Numbered from the stretch's first letter, positions 12,559 to 25,335 are shown. The stretch: 64,000 nucleotides of DNA from Octopus sinensis (GCF_006345805.1 NC_042999.1:166408001-166472000), one strand, 5' to 3'. Notes: generated from the sequence alone by a model not told the origin. Numbers and translations: made by a program.

Positions 12559-14268
12559 CTAGCAGAGTTACCCGGCATTGCCCGTGTTACATTCAATTGA
12601 AGAATTAGACTTTTCTGTTATATTTTCTGTAATGAGCTAGAATACCTATGTTTCGAATTTCATCAAAATTGCAGGTGAGGGTTATTTCCCTCTTTACACA
12701 CCCTAAAAAAATTGTAATCGTGCCACATGTATCCCATACTACTGATTTTTATGCGCATATTCCAAAATTCCAGTCTTATTGAACCTGTTAAAAAGATTTT
12801 GCTCCTGAAAAATGGAGGTCATGGAGCTCTAAAATGTGAGAGTTAACGCCTCTATTGGGGGTAGGTATGTTAATGTCAACCAGAGATGTTGAATAGTTGA
12901 GAATCTTTTTAACATGGGTCTTATATCTATTGTTTGAATTTCTTTGAAATAGGAAATATATGTTTCCAAGGGTTTGTGAAAGAGAGCAAAGCTACAGGAA
13001 ACCAAAAGTCGAATGATCACAATAAGCAGTCAGCTACAGTACCCTAGCTGTTACCACTCCCAATGTAGTATTCCTCACCATGCAGGTGACAGGCACAGCC
13101 GTAAGATGCATTACGAATCTATAGCAATTGGAAGGGCGTGACCCAACTGAAATAAACATTAACAACTGTGTGACATGAGGGCTAATGAGAAATGAGAGTG
13201 TCAACATCTGGAGTTTGCAAATGACCACTATACTGATACGTAACTGGACAGAATAAATATACAATCTATAAATGTCTTTGAATAACCAGTCACTCGTCTG
13301 GGAAATCAATGTTACCATGTGGGGACTATGTGTGACCGAGTGATAATAAAAAGACTGATAGGAGATCTGCAATCAAATAACTTTACTCAACACTTTGCAA
13401 CTGAATCAGTGAAGGCAAAGATGCCTCTCATTTACTTGATAATTTATGCACCACATTGCAGAAATCACAATCTAAGTGTATGTCAAAGCAAACTCTTACA
13501 CTGTTGTACCATTGAATTACAAATAATGCTCATCTTCTATCCTTGGATGACCCCACAGCTTCCAAGAGTACAACTATTCGTCTTTGCTTAGATAAAATGA
13601 CAAAATTGTAGGTGTTAAGTCCCCATGAAGGGGTCTTTCTAACTTGTAAGAAGATGAAATTTTATAAATATTACTTCATTTGTATCTAATATCTATGGTT
13701 AAAATTTCATCAACAACAAAAATATATGAATTGTCATGGAGGTTGTGGCCCTTATGCATAGAATATAATTTCCAAATTTCGTAAAGATCCATTCAGTACT
13801 TTTGACCTAGTTTTGGATCATAAAAGAAATTACTAAAATTTGGGAGTTAAGGCCCCGATTAGGGTGTCTTAGAATCCTCATGTGAAGTGGAAACTTTGAG
13901 AATACTTCTTGATGTATGTCAATTACCCATGGTTGAAATTTCATCAACATCAAAAATTTATGAATTTTCATGGTGGGTGGGGGGTCTGCCCCCTTTAAGC
14001 CATCTGAAATTCAAACCAAACATAATGCATTATACCCACTCTTATGCATTGAATCTAATTTCAAATATCATAAGGATCCATTCAGTAATTTTGGTCTATG
14101 AAATTGTATGAAACACACAGCATTACCCTTCTCCCTAGGCTTCGATTTTGTGTTCCAAATTTTATTAGGATCACTGCAGCAATTTTTGAATGTATAAGTA
14201 ACACACGAACACACATAAAGACATTGTCTTTGATATAATAAATATGAATGTACACATATACATACATG

Positions 14269-14301
<33 letters not shown>

Positions 14302-14989
14302 TTGTGTGTGTGTATTATATATATATATATATATACATACACACACAAAGATAAATTGATAGATACAACTGAGTGAGCAAACAAAAATATGAGACACAGC
14401 GTAGTGGTTTTTTTATGTTGATAAGCCTGGTACTTATTCTATTAGTTTCTTCTTGTGAAACCAGTAAGTTATGTGGATGTAAATAAATGAACAGCAGTTG
14501 TGAAGCAGTGATGAGGGCGAAACACAGAGACAAAGACACACACATACACTTACATATATACATACATATATATACGATTGATTTGTTTCAGTTCTTGTGT
14601 ACGAAATCCACTGACAAGACTTCGGTTGGTCTGAGGCTATAGCAGAAGACACATGCCAAGTCAGCACACAGTGGGCTCGCCTTAGGCAAGAAGTTAGAAA
14701 TTTTTGCCCATGACACTACATGGACCCTAAGTAAGGCATGTTTAAAATTTGAATGAAATTGGTTGTGTAGTTCTCAAGTTTTAGGGATTCATAGTGGAGA
14801 AGATATGATATTGCTGTGGGCTTGCCCTAGGCAAAAAATTTTTTTAATGTTTTGCCCATGACACTCCCTGGACCCCAAGTAAGGCATGTGTAAAATTTGA
14901 ATGAAACTGGTTGTGTAGTTCTCAAGTTTTAGGGATTCACACAGACAGACAGACAGACAGACACACATTCTCATTTTTATATATATAGA
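12559..14989 (-). mobile_element. Non-autonomous or composite Helitron with both termini and a decayed helicase C-terminus
   Basis: Minus strand: A|TCTATATATA... at 14989; GGC-AAT-GCC hairpin then CTAG|T at 12559; degenerate PIF1-like TLISQTSDWLF...SVQLRISIVVICKLQ...VGSRPSN at about 13050-13500; a decayed SINE B inside (14345-14670); about 140-bp tandem duplication (14679-14941). Confidence 0.7.
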
Positions 14990-15399
14990 TTCTTAGGCTA
15001 AAGTTGCCAAGTACCCTAAATAGAAAAGTATAGTCAATTGTTTTTAGAATCGCCTTCCAAAACAGTAAAGAACAGAATTTCTTGCTTGCCATAGGTAGTA
15101 ATTTGGTAAATACATTGGAAATTATTTTGATAGAACTCAACAGTTGGATACAGATAATATAAAAGAGATAAACATTAAAAAACAAAAATTAAGAGAATAT
15201 TAAGTGTTATTTATGTACAGTTGATCTTAGTTGTCTTTTATTATTTGTAGCAATTAAAGAGGTATGAAACCAAGTTATGAAAGTAACAAGGATTTTGATG
15301 TAACAGAACAGCTTAGTTAAGAAATTCGCTTCGTTGAGATGCAGTTCAGATTTGTGCCAGATGCATTCTTAGGGCGACAATTGGTAGGAAAGTTTTTAA

Positions 15400-15720
15400 T
15401 TAGGCATTTTATATGGCATTTGTTAATCTGGAGAAGGCATTTAACAGGATACCACACTCTGTAGTTAGTCTTTAAGAAAACTAGGTATAGATGGATAGTG
15501 GTTTGTGAGAGTCTGTAAGCCATGGCCTGAAATGCTGTTAGCTAAGCAAAAGTTGGCAATGTGTTCAGAGTGGAATTTAGTGTGCTATTAGGTGTTCACC
15601 TAGGCTTCTTTTCATCTCCCCGCTGTTTATCATAAATCTCCAGGCCATAACAGAGGAGTTTATAACTTGCTGTCTGTGGGAACTTCACTATGATGATGAC
15701 ATAACTGAATCTGTGATCTG
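15400..15720 (+). mobile_element. Old RTE RT fragment
   Basis: AFVNLEKAFNRIP...LRKLGID...LQAITEEF...LWELHYDDD across decayed frames. Confidence 0.75.
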
Positions 15721-15732
15721 TGAATGGGTTAA

Positions 15733-15953
15733 CCCTTTTGTTACCAACCCAGCCAAAACCAACTCTGGCTCTGTAGTACAAATGTCTTGTTTTCATAGGT
15801 TTTGCATTAAAATCTCCCACCAAACCTTAGTCACAATTTATGTTCCTAACACTTGTTTAATGATAATGAAGTTATTTTACTAAATTCTTTGTTATATTTA
15901 AAGTAATTGAAAGAAACACAGAGCATCTCAAAATAAACACAGTAATGAAAGGG
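15733..15953. mobile_element. piggyBac-type MITE (related copies at about 29870-30086 and 46557-47359)
   Basis: TTAA|CCCTTT ... AAAGGG|TTAA; internal sequence shared between copies. Confidence 0.75.
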
Positions 15954-18232
15954 TTAAAGAAGGAATCCCAGATTCATAAAATAAAATCTAGAACTGGAAA
16001 ACTTTGAAATATACTGAACAAAGATTAAAGTTTTAGTAAGTAGGAAAAAATGGGGATCATGACAGAACTAGTAAAGAATGTTTCCAAAACGTCCATTTTA
16101 TTTCATTATCAAAAAATATAATACACCAAACAAAGATAAAGGACTCAGAAACTGTGACTTAAATGCATATGAAATGAGAAGATGCTCTCAGAAGCCTCAT
16201 CATGATGATTTAAACCAGCGAAAAAAGTACATTTCATTATCTCTTTTGACATTCAGTTCCTTTCCATATTTTAGCAATCACAGCTTTCTCCTGAGAACCA
16301 GAGATGGATCTGAAAAATCAAATTATTGACTAAAAGATGAATGGTTCATATCTATTATATGCATTATGTTTGTGGCCAAGATACTTAATTCTTACTGGCC
16401 CAGTCCATCTAGTTGTAGACAGATACCATTGATTAGTGCATTAAGTACAGCTCTCTATTGTGTACAAGAGCTGACATACCATTTGTAGGTCTATCTTCTC
16501 CAAGATATAGAGTAAATGCCTGAACACAAGTTAAAATGTATGTGTGCGTGTCACATAACCATGAACATGAAAGATTTTTGCCAAGCTGAAATTCAAAATG
16601 ATATTTAAGAAACTGTTTTATCTCCCTAGAAAATCCATGAAAGTTAGTCTTTTGTTAGATTTCTGACCCATCATCATCAGTATGTCAATCTCATTTGATT
16701 CAATAAATTGGTCAACATCTGTTCACTGTTTTCACAGGTGATCTAGTCAGTGCATTTGAAAACATGCACTTGTATGCTAATGACTCCATGCCCCTTTCAG
16801 CAATATAATTGAGAATCATCTTGTAATATCCAAACTGGATAAAGACCTTGTCAGAATGAAAACTCGATTGGTTGACTGGACTGTGTCAAGTTGAACCACT
16901 AAAATGAAGTGGTTTGTTGGCACACAGACGGGATGCTGAATGCACTGATGCCAAAGGACAAGAAACCAAAGTCAAGAAACTGAGCAGACACAATGCCAAA
17001 CAGACAGAAAGCTGAATGGACATGATGCTGAAATGACATACAAAAATTAAAATTGCCAAATTGGTGAATTGATCATTAAACTATGTAGGTAGGAATGTTT
17101 TTTTGTTTTTTTTTTTATTGTCTCCATTTGTTTTTATGTCCATTCAGCATTGTGTCTGCTCCACTTCTTGTCCTTTGGCTAAAGTGCATTCTGCATCCTA
17201 TCCATGCACGGATTTGTCAAAGAAAAGAAGCCCATCAAAATTTGACTTTCATTTTGTGAATGACAATTGTGGAATTTTGGATACAGGATACATGAAGCTG
17301 ATATAATCAGAACCTGTCTCTGCCATCTTTCTCAGATGCAGTCAAACTGAAAACAGATGGAAAAGCCACTATTGGGTGTAGTTATCCTAGATGAAGGATG
17401 CACAAGATACCTTCATCCAATCCAGTTCAGCACAAAAGAAATTTTTCAGGATCATTGCAGATTGAGAAGCTAAAATTGCTTAAGAGCTTGCTGTTATTTC
17501 ATTACTGTGTAATAACAGTACTCTCCAAATTCATGCAGACTTCAGCCCATCAGAATTGAGAGCTAGGTTACCACTATATGATGGATAATGCTAGACAACT
17601 ATCTCAGCCTACACAGACCAATGCCTACACCATTGAATTGAATTTTCTTGATTCAGCCATCAGCAACTAAAAAGATCTTCCAGTGTCTGCAGTTTGAATC
17701 CTTACAAACAACAAAATACAAATAACTACATAAATAACTCCTGTTAATTGTACCCCCACAAAAAGCTGAACAGCTGGCTGGTTAACTTGTTGGGTTTATT
17801 TGCTTTCTAATCAAAATGTTTAATGAGGCTATTGTTCGTAAAAATGCTTGTAAAAGAATCAATTATACATAAATTAATAGATAGATAACCAAAATAACTA
17901 TATTGTTAGATGGAACTATTCAGTTCAAAACGTCCCATGAGCCTGTTGCAGGTAGGAAGGAATCCGTATCCAGTGTAGTCTTGGAAATGTACATTTTTCA
18001 ATCTACAGGGATAACTAGAGTCATTTGCATTCTCCCTCTGTCTGTCTCCTCTCTCTCTCTCACACACACACACACATACACACTGATTAGTTTAATAGTC
18101 TTGAAACCTAAAACTGTCCTAATAACTCATTTCAGGAATGTAGAAATATACAAATTTCAGAGAATAGGAGGAACATTTAACAATTAATCTATGTAGTTAA
18201 ATTTTTATATCCTTAATGAAAATATATATATT

Positions 18233-18610
18233 AGGAGTGGCTGTGTGGTAAGTAGCTTGCTTACCAACCACATGGTTCCGGGTTCAGTCTCACTGCGTGG
18301 CACCTTGGGCAAGTGTCTTCTACTATAGCCTCGGGCCGACCAAAGCCTTGTGAGTGGATTTGGTAGACGGAAACTGAAAAGAAGCCTGTCGTATATATGT
18401 ATATATATATATATATATATGTTTGTGTGTCTGTGTTTGTCCCCCTAGCATTGCTTGACAACCGATGCTGGTGTGTTTATGTCCCCGTCACTTAGCGGTT
18501 CGGCAAAAGAGACCGATAGAATAAGTCCTGGGGTCGAGTTACTCGATTAAAGGCGGTGCTCCAGCATGGCCGCAGTCAAATGACTGAAACAAGTAAAAGA
18601 GTAAAAGGAG
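18233..18610 (+). mobile_element. SINE family B
   Basis: Head to tail, little divergence. Confidence 0.9.
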
Positions 18611-19427
18611 TATATATATATATATATATAAATTACATATTTTATATTTTTAACAGCTTTACAACTCTCGCAAATATCAATAAGTTTTTATCCATTAAGG
18701 ACATTGATAACCTTGCTAACCTAACTTGAATGCTCACGCTCATACATACCAACACTACACAACATTTCATGTCCCTTATTTTGTATATTTGGAAATAGAT
18801 GGATACCTGATCTAACAGTCATTTTGTTTTCTGTAGATAGCAAACTATTATTAAGGAAAGAAATAAATACTAGTTGAAAATTCTTCAAGTCTTTTCACTA
18901 AATGGAGTTTAGCTTAGCAGTTCAGCAAAAGAGACTGATAGAATAAGTACCAGGTTTTTAAAAAAATGTAAGAACTGGGATCAATTCATTTGACTAAAAG
19001 TCTTCAAGGCCCCAGCATGGCCATAGTCTAATGATTGAAGCAAGTAAAAGATAAAAGATGAAGGTAATAGTAAAACACTGAAATTTTCTTTGAATTCTTT
19101 TATTTTTGACATCCCTTTTCCATTGCTTTTTTTAGATCCTGTCACTCCCAGATCAGTCTGTGATATTTGTTTCCCCTGTTCTATTATCGTTTTTTTGCAT
19201 TACTTATTTATCATTACATTTTTCTCTGCCATATTTTTGCTCAAAATCCAGTCAATCCTTTTGGACATTCTTTCAATAAATGATAAGTAGTGTTTAAGTT
19301 TGAAAGAAACATCATTATATTTCCTTTTGTGCTTCTTGGTCCAAATTCTACAACTTAGATTTCACTGAATTTGTATCAGTGATTTATTATTGTTGTTGTT
19401 GTTGTTGTTCTTTCTCCTCCTCCTCCA

Positions 19428-19625
19428 GCAAGCTGGTAGAATCATTAGAGCATTAGACAAAATGCTTAGCAGCGTTTCTTCTGGTACTTTACATCTGTGT
19501 TCAAATTCTGCCAGGGTTGACTTAGCCTTTCATCTTTTCTGGATCAATAAAATAAGTAGCAATTGAGAACTGGGATTGATGTAATTGACTTGCCCTTCTT
19601 GGCCTTGTACAAAAATTAGAAATAA
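19428..19625 (+). mobile_element. Older diverged A-like SINE (further fragments near 27575-27660, 37262-37410, 43672-43787 minus, 60118-60230 minus, 62275-62420 minus)
   Basis: Degenerate matches to the same head and GCCTTTCATC core. Confidence 0.7.
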
Positions 19626-19650
19626 TTATTATTATTAATATTATTATTAT

Positions 19651-19920
19651 GGCTTAGTGGTTAGGGTGTTGCACTCACGATCGTGCGATCATGATTTCAA
19701 TTCCTAGACTGGGTGGTGTGTTGTGTTCATGAACAAAACACTTCATCTCATGTTGCTTTGCAATCACTTTGACACCTGACGCGTGGTACACCTGGGTGCA
19801 CCTGTTCAGACAGCATTGATTTGATGGAGAGAGAGTGAACTAATGTGTGGCACAAACACTTGACCACTACAGACAAATCATTTGTGTGGTTGTCTGGTAA
19901 AAGCTGAATGTTCATCAGGA
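19651..19920 (+). mobile_element. Distinct tRNA-derived CORE-like SINE
   Basis: A-box GGCTTAGTGGTTAGG, B-box-like GATTTCAATTCC, then TTCATGAACAAAACACTTCATCTC core-like segment. Confidence 0.65.
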
Positions 19921-20092
19921 GAGTCCATCTTCATTATTATTATTATTAAACTGGTTACTTAGCTTTACAGTTTATTTCTCTGTTAAGTAGTATCTTCCTC
20001 TGTTTATTGTTCATTCATTTCGGATCATAGTATGCAGTTACTCATCTTAATGATCTTATTGGAGTAAATAATAACTTATTAAAAAGAAATTA

Positions 20093-20510
20093 TACTCTTT
20101 ACTCTTTACTCTTTTACTTGTTTCAGTCATTTTATTTTTACTGCAGCCATGCTGGAGCACCGCCTTTAGTCAATCAAATCGACCCCGGGACTTATTCTTT
20201 TTGTAAGCCCAGTATTTATTCCATCGGTCTCTTTTTGCCAAACCGCTAAGTGACGGGGACGCAAACACACCAGCACCGGTTGTCCAGCAATGCTAGAGGA
20301 ACAAACACAGACACACATACATATATATATATATATATACATATATACGACAGGCTTCTTTCAGTTTCCGTCTACCAAATCCACTCACAAGGCATTGGTC
20401 GGCCTGGGGCTATAGCAGAAGACACTTGCCCAAGATGTCACGCAATGAGACTGAACCCGGAACCATGTGGTTGGTTAGCAAGCTACTTACCACACAGCCA
20501 CTCCTGCGCC
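20093..20510 (-). mobile_element. SINE family B, young subfamily (GGCATTGGTCGGCC variant)
   Basis: Full length with (TAAAAGAG)n tail. Confidence 0.9.
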
Positions 20511-20850
20511 TATATTGATATTTTTATGTGAAATTAGTTAATTTTCTGTTGTATTTTAAGTTTTTGAATTCTGTACTCCTGTGGCCTACTGTTAAAATTC
20601 TTAACTGTTTATGATGCTAAAGTAGTGTTGGATTCGTTGTACTTAGACTTCTTAATATTGTAATGGCTGCAACATTCCTTTGCAATTTTTAGATTGAGTC
20701 CTGTTGAAGCATTTTATCATTGTTAAAAATATTGGATATGAAAAACTTAAAATGTTAGAATTCAATTGTAAACTATCTTAGATTTGGTAGATGGAAACTG
20801 AAAGAAGCCTGTCATATATATATTTTTCTCTCCTTGTTTTTTCTGTGCCC

Positions 20851-20886
20851 CTTTCTGTAGAAGAGCGTAGGCTCGAAACGTAAAAG
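20851..20886 (+). ncRNA. Minimal type-I hammerhead-ribozyme-like motif (A6U variant) in a probable Penelope-like remnant
   Basis: CTTT|CTGTAGA|A|GAGC-GTAG-GCTC|GAAA|CG|TA|AAAG: stems I and II pair, GUA triplet. Confidence 0.6.
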
Positions 20887-21154
20887 ACTTTTTCTATTCC
20901 TGAGCATTATACTAATACATCTGTTTGTTTTCTACACCACCTGTCTTTGTCTTTTGTTTTTTTCGTAAACTCTCCCTATATATATATATATACACAAAAT
21001 GAGAAAATGGAGAAATATACCTAAATCAATCATCAACCATCAGATAATACCCAATCAATACTTTATTAAACCATTACACAACAGCAGTTATATTATACAT
21101 AATATATTACAAATATAACAAGAAATAGAAATAGAAAATACATTTATATTGTAG

Positions 21155-21263
21155 CTGACAGCTGATTCAGCCGTGAAGACAGGTATGTCCCATTTAACCT
21201 ATTAGCTATATAAAGCAGGTATAAATGAGACATTAACAAGAATGTCTCACGGCCTCTTCAGAG
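21155..21263 (-). ncRNA. Decayed hammerhead-like motif with a long stem II
   Basis: CTGAAGA|GGCCGTGA...TCACGGCT|GAAT|CAGCTG|TC. Confidence 0.5.
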
Positions 21264-21664
21264 AATTTAATGTAAGTATGAAAAAAATTTACATATAAAT
21301 ATAAATATGTGTGCATAGACACTCATATTTCTACACATATATATATACACAATAATACAATATAAACAATATAGGTCAATATACATTAACAAACACAATA
21401 ATGTTCCATATTGAACTCATAGTTCTATAACCAACATCAAGGAAATACATGTACACTCACATTTAAAGCAGGCATATATATTTAACAGTCCAGTCTATTA
21501 AAATGTGTAACCAATATATATATATAAGAAATAATTGAGATTCAGTTGAATTAGGTACTTAAGCTGATGCACCAAGTCAGTCCAGTATTATCTGCACAGC
21601 TTGAAGTAAGGTGAATAAAGTCAAAATAAGCAACAGGATATCGTATCTTGATTATATATATATA

Positions 21665-22390
21665 TCATCATCATCATATAACGTCTGCTTTCCATGCTAG
21701 CATGGGTTGGACGGTTCAACTGGGGTCTGGGAAGCCAGAAGGCTGCACCAGGCTCCAGTCTGATCTGGCACTGTTTCTACAGCTGGATGCCCTTCCTAAC
21801 GCCAACCACTCCATGAGTGTAGTGGGTGTTTTTTATGTGCCACTGGCACAGGTGTCAGACGAGGCTGGCAACAGCCACGATTGATTGGTGCTTTTTACGT
21901 GCCACCGGCACGGAGGCCAGTCGGGGCGGCGCTGGCAACGACCATGTTCGGATGGTGCTTTTTACGTGCCACCAGCACGGAGGCCAGTCGGGGCGGCGCT
22001 GGCAACCACCATTTTCGGATGGTGCTTTTTACGTGCCACCAGCACGGAGGCCAGTCCGGGCGGCGCTGGTAACGACCATGTTTGGATGGTGCTTTTTACG
22101 TGCCACCGGCACGGAGGCCAGTCGGGGCGGCACTGGCAACGACCATGTTCGGATGGTGCTTTTTATGTGCCACCGGCACGGAGGCCAGTTAGGGCGGCGC
22201 TGGCAACAACCATGTTCGGATGGTGCTTTTTACGTGCCACCGGCACGGAGGCCAGTCGGGGCGGCGCTGGCAACGACCATGTTCGGATGGTGCTTTTTAC
22301 GTGCCACCGGCACTGGTATCACAACTACAATTTCCATTGATTTTGATCGGTTTCAATTTCGATTTCACTTGCCTCAACAAGTCTTCGCAA
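21665..22390 (-). mobile_element. RTE-LINE 3'UTR fragment containing a 67-bp VNTR
   Basis: (GAT)n tail at about 21665 and the same 3' module as the ORF-bearing copies. Confidence 0.88.
21887..22312. repeat. Minisatellite, 67-bp unit, 6 full copies plus a partial one
   Basis: GGTGCTTTTTA(C/T)GTGCC recurs at 21887, 21954, 22021, 22088, 22155, 22222, 22289. Confidence 0.95.
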
Positions 22391-22644
22391 GTATATATAT
22401 AGAGAGAGAGGAGAGAGACAGACAGACAGACAGATCCATCCAATATAGGTAAAATCAACAAAAAAAGTATCCAGTGAGAGATAATTATCAATTTAATACA
22501 TAATTGAAAGAGTTGCTAATGGTTTCATGCATAAACCGAGCCTGAAAGAGTGTTTGGAGATACAGGCCATATTTTATAAATATGCCTAGTTAAAGTATCA
22601 TAAAAGTATGAAACTATTAATAGCTCTTTTGGTTGTGTATTAAA

Positions 22645-23310
22645 TTGATGTGTGTGTGTGTGTGTTTTTCTTTGTGTTTGTGTTTGTCCCACTTGACAAC
22701 TTGTTTGGTTTGTTTAGAAGTTTAGTATAAGAGACCAATAGATTAAGTAGCAGCCTTAAAATGAAAATAAATGCTGGAGTTAATTCATTCAGCTAAAACC
22801 CTTCCAGGTGCTGCTCCAGTGTTTTCACAGTCCAGTGACTGAAACAAGTAAAAGATAAGAGATATCTGAAATAGGCTGCAAAGCTCTGGCAAACCCATTT
22901 TTGCTTCTGTTTTCAAATTCTTTCTTAAATCAAGAGAAGAAATTTTGATTATTTTTTAAAGCATGACTGTGTGTTAAGAAGCTTGTTTCCCAACCACATG
23001 GTTCCGGGTTCAGTCCCACTGTGTGGTACCTTGGGCAAGCGTCTCCTACTATAGCCTCAGGCTGACCAAAGCCTTATGAGTGGATTTAGTAGATGGAAAC
23101 TGAAAGAAGCCTGTTGTGTGTGTGTGAATGTGTGTCTTCATGTCTGTTTCTGTCTCCCACCACTATGTGAAAACCAGTGTTGGTGTGTTTACATTCCTGT
23201 AGCTTAGTAGTTCAGCAAGGCTTCACAAAAAACATAACCACTGGAGTTGATTCATTTGGCTAAAAGTTCAAGGCTATGCCCCAGCATGTAAAAGAAGTAA
23301 AAGAAGAAAA
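22645..23310 (+). mobile_element. Two diverged SINE B copies (3' half 22645-22860; near full 22962-23310)
   Basis: Degenerate matches to family B. Confidence 0.75.
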
Positions 23311-24056
23311 GAATAAGCATTACACTTGTCGTTGAATACGAAACAAATCATTTGACTCAACAAGGTATTAGTGAATTGACATGACTAAATCTCTTTGTTA
23401 CACAAAAAAAAAAAGAAACTGGTGAAATTTTATAAAAAAAAAAACTTAAAAGGAAAAATATTTTAAGTAACTAAGGGATTAAAAACAAAAAAAAAGCAAC
23501 CCTAACAATATAATTAATTTGGAGGGAACAAAATCACAAACAAATGTATAAGCTGAAAAAATACAAAGATTGACCTGACTACACAAAGAAACAAACATTT
23601 GTTGGTACAAAAATGATTTATAATTGAAGACTGATTGAGGTTTATAAAAAGAAAAACTCTTGAGAACTTGAGTTTGGGTCATGACACATATCTAACAATG
23701 AGTTTCATGAGTATTAAAAGCCATTTATTATAATACCTTACATTACTAAAGAATCTGAAGTATTTATTGTATTTAACACATTTAAAGATACAGGATTGGT
23801 CAGCTTAAGCGTTTTATTTAGTGGAGCAAATATATAGAATAAAACGTGGTTTACTGTTAAGGAAAAGTAGTTGTTATAGTTAACTTTATGTATGTTTTAT
23901 GCCTAACAAACTCATAATTTGTTCAGCAGTCTTCAGTTTTTCTTGTTCATATATCTGTGTGTATGTGTGCATATGTATGTATGTATATATATATGTATAT
24001 GTACATGTTTATGCATGTACAGATGTATACACATGTGTGTGTGTGCATGTGTGTAT

Positions 24057-25335
24057 ATCATCATCATCATCTTTTACCGCCCGCTTTCCATGCTGGCATG
24101 GGTTGGACAATTTGACTGAGGACTGGCGACCCAGAAGGCTGTACCAGGCTCACTCTGATCTGGCAAAGTTTCTACCACTGGATGCTCTTCCTAACACCAA
24201 CCACTCCGAGTGTGTAGTGGGTGCTTTTTACATGTCACTGGCATGAGGACCAGTCACCCAGCACTGGCATCAACCAGGCTTGAATGGTACTTTTTATGTG
24301 CCACCAGCACAGGAGCCAGTCAGGCAGCACTGGCAACAACCATGCTCGAATGGTGCTTTTTATATGCCACCAACATGGGTGCCAGTCAGACAGCACCGGC
24401 ATTGGCCACAACAATGACTTCACTTGATTCAACAGGTCTTCGTAAGCACAGCTTATTGCCCAATGATTGAAGGGTACTCTTAAATGGGCTGGCTATGCTG
24501 CACTGGCATAGGCCACGGTTACAGTCTCACTTGGCTTGCTGGGTCTTTTCAAGCACAGCATATCTCCAAAGGTCTCGGTCACTTGTCATCGCCTCTCTGA
24601 GGCTCAATGTTCAAAGGTTGTGCTTCATCATCTCATCCTAGATCTTCCTGGTCCTACCTCTTCCACAGGTTCCCTCAATCGCTAGGGTGTGAAATTTTTT
24701 CACACAGCTATCCTCATCCATTCTTACCACATGTCCATACCAGAACAGTCGTCTCTCTTGCACACCACATCTGATGCTTCTTATGGCCAACCTTTCTCTC
24801 AAGGCACTTACACTCTGTTGTGTATGCACACTGACATTACACATCTAGCACGGCTATGTTTCACTGCGATGTAGCATGACTGTTCGCACATATGCGTCAT
24901 ATAGTCTACCTTTTACTCTGAGCAAGAGTAAGAGCTCTCTGAACTTTGCACAGGCTATTCTTATTCTGGCAGCTACACTCTCAGAGCATCCACACCTGCT
25001 ACTGACTTGGTCACCTAGGTAATGGAAGCTATCAACTACTTATAGTTTTATCCCCTGGCATGTGACAGAAGCTGTTTTCTGCACACTTTCAGTGTTTATT
25101 GCCCCTGAGCATTTGCCACATACAAAAACTATCTTCCCAGTTAGCCTTCCTTTGATATTGCTGCATATTTATGTGTCCATAGCTTAGACTAGGTACATTT
25201 TATGGAGTTTCTACCTAAGCCATCTACCTGAAGGGATTTGTGATTTGTCTGCCTTCCTACTTACTAAAACTTCAGTTTTTGCTAGATTGACTCTAAGGCC
25301 CTTCAACTCTAGAACTTGCTTCCACACCTAAAACT
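24057..25335 (-). mobile_element. 5'-truncated RTE-clade LINE (decayed ORF2 C-terminus plus 3'UTR)
   Basis: RRLFWYGHVVRMDEDSCVKK...GRGR; Cys-rich segment; 3'UTR and (GAT)n tail. Confidence 0.9.

Noticed and set aside
21826-22452. 151-208 aa ORFs
   Set aside because: Translations of the 67-bp VNTR.
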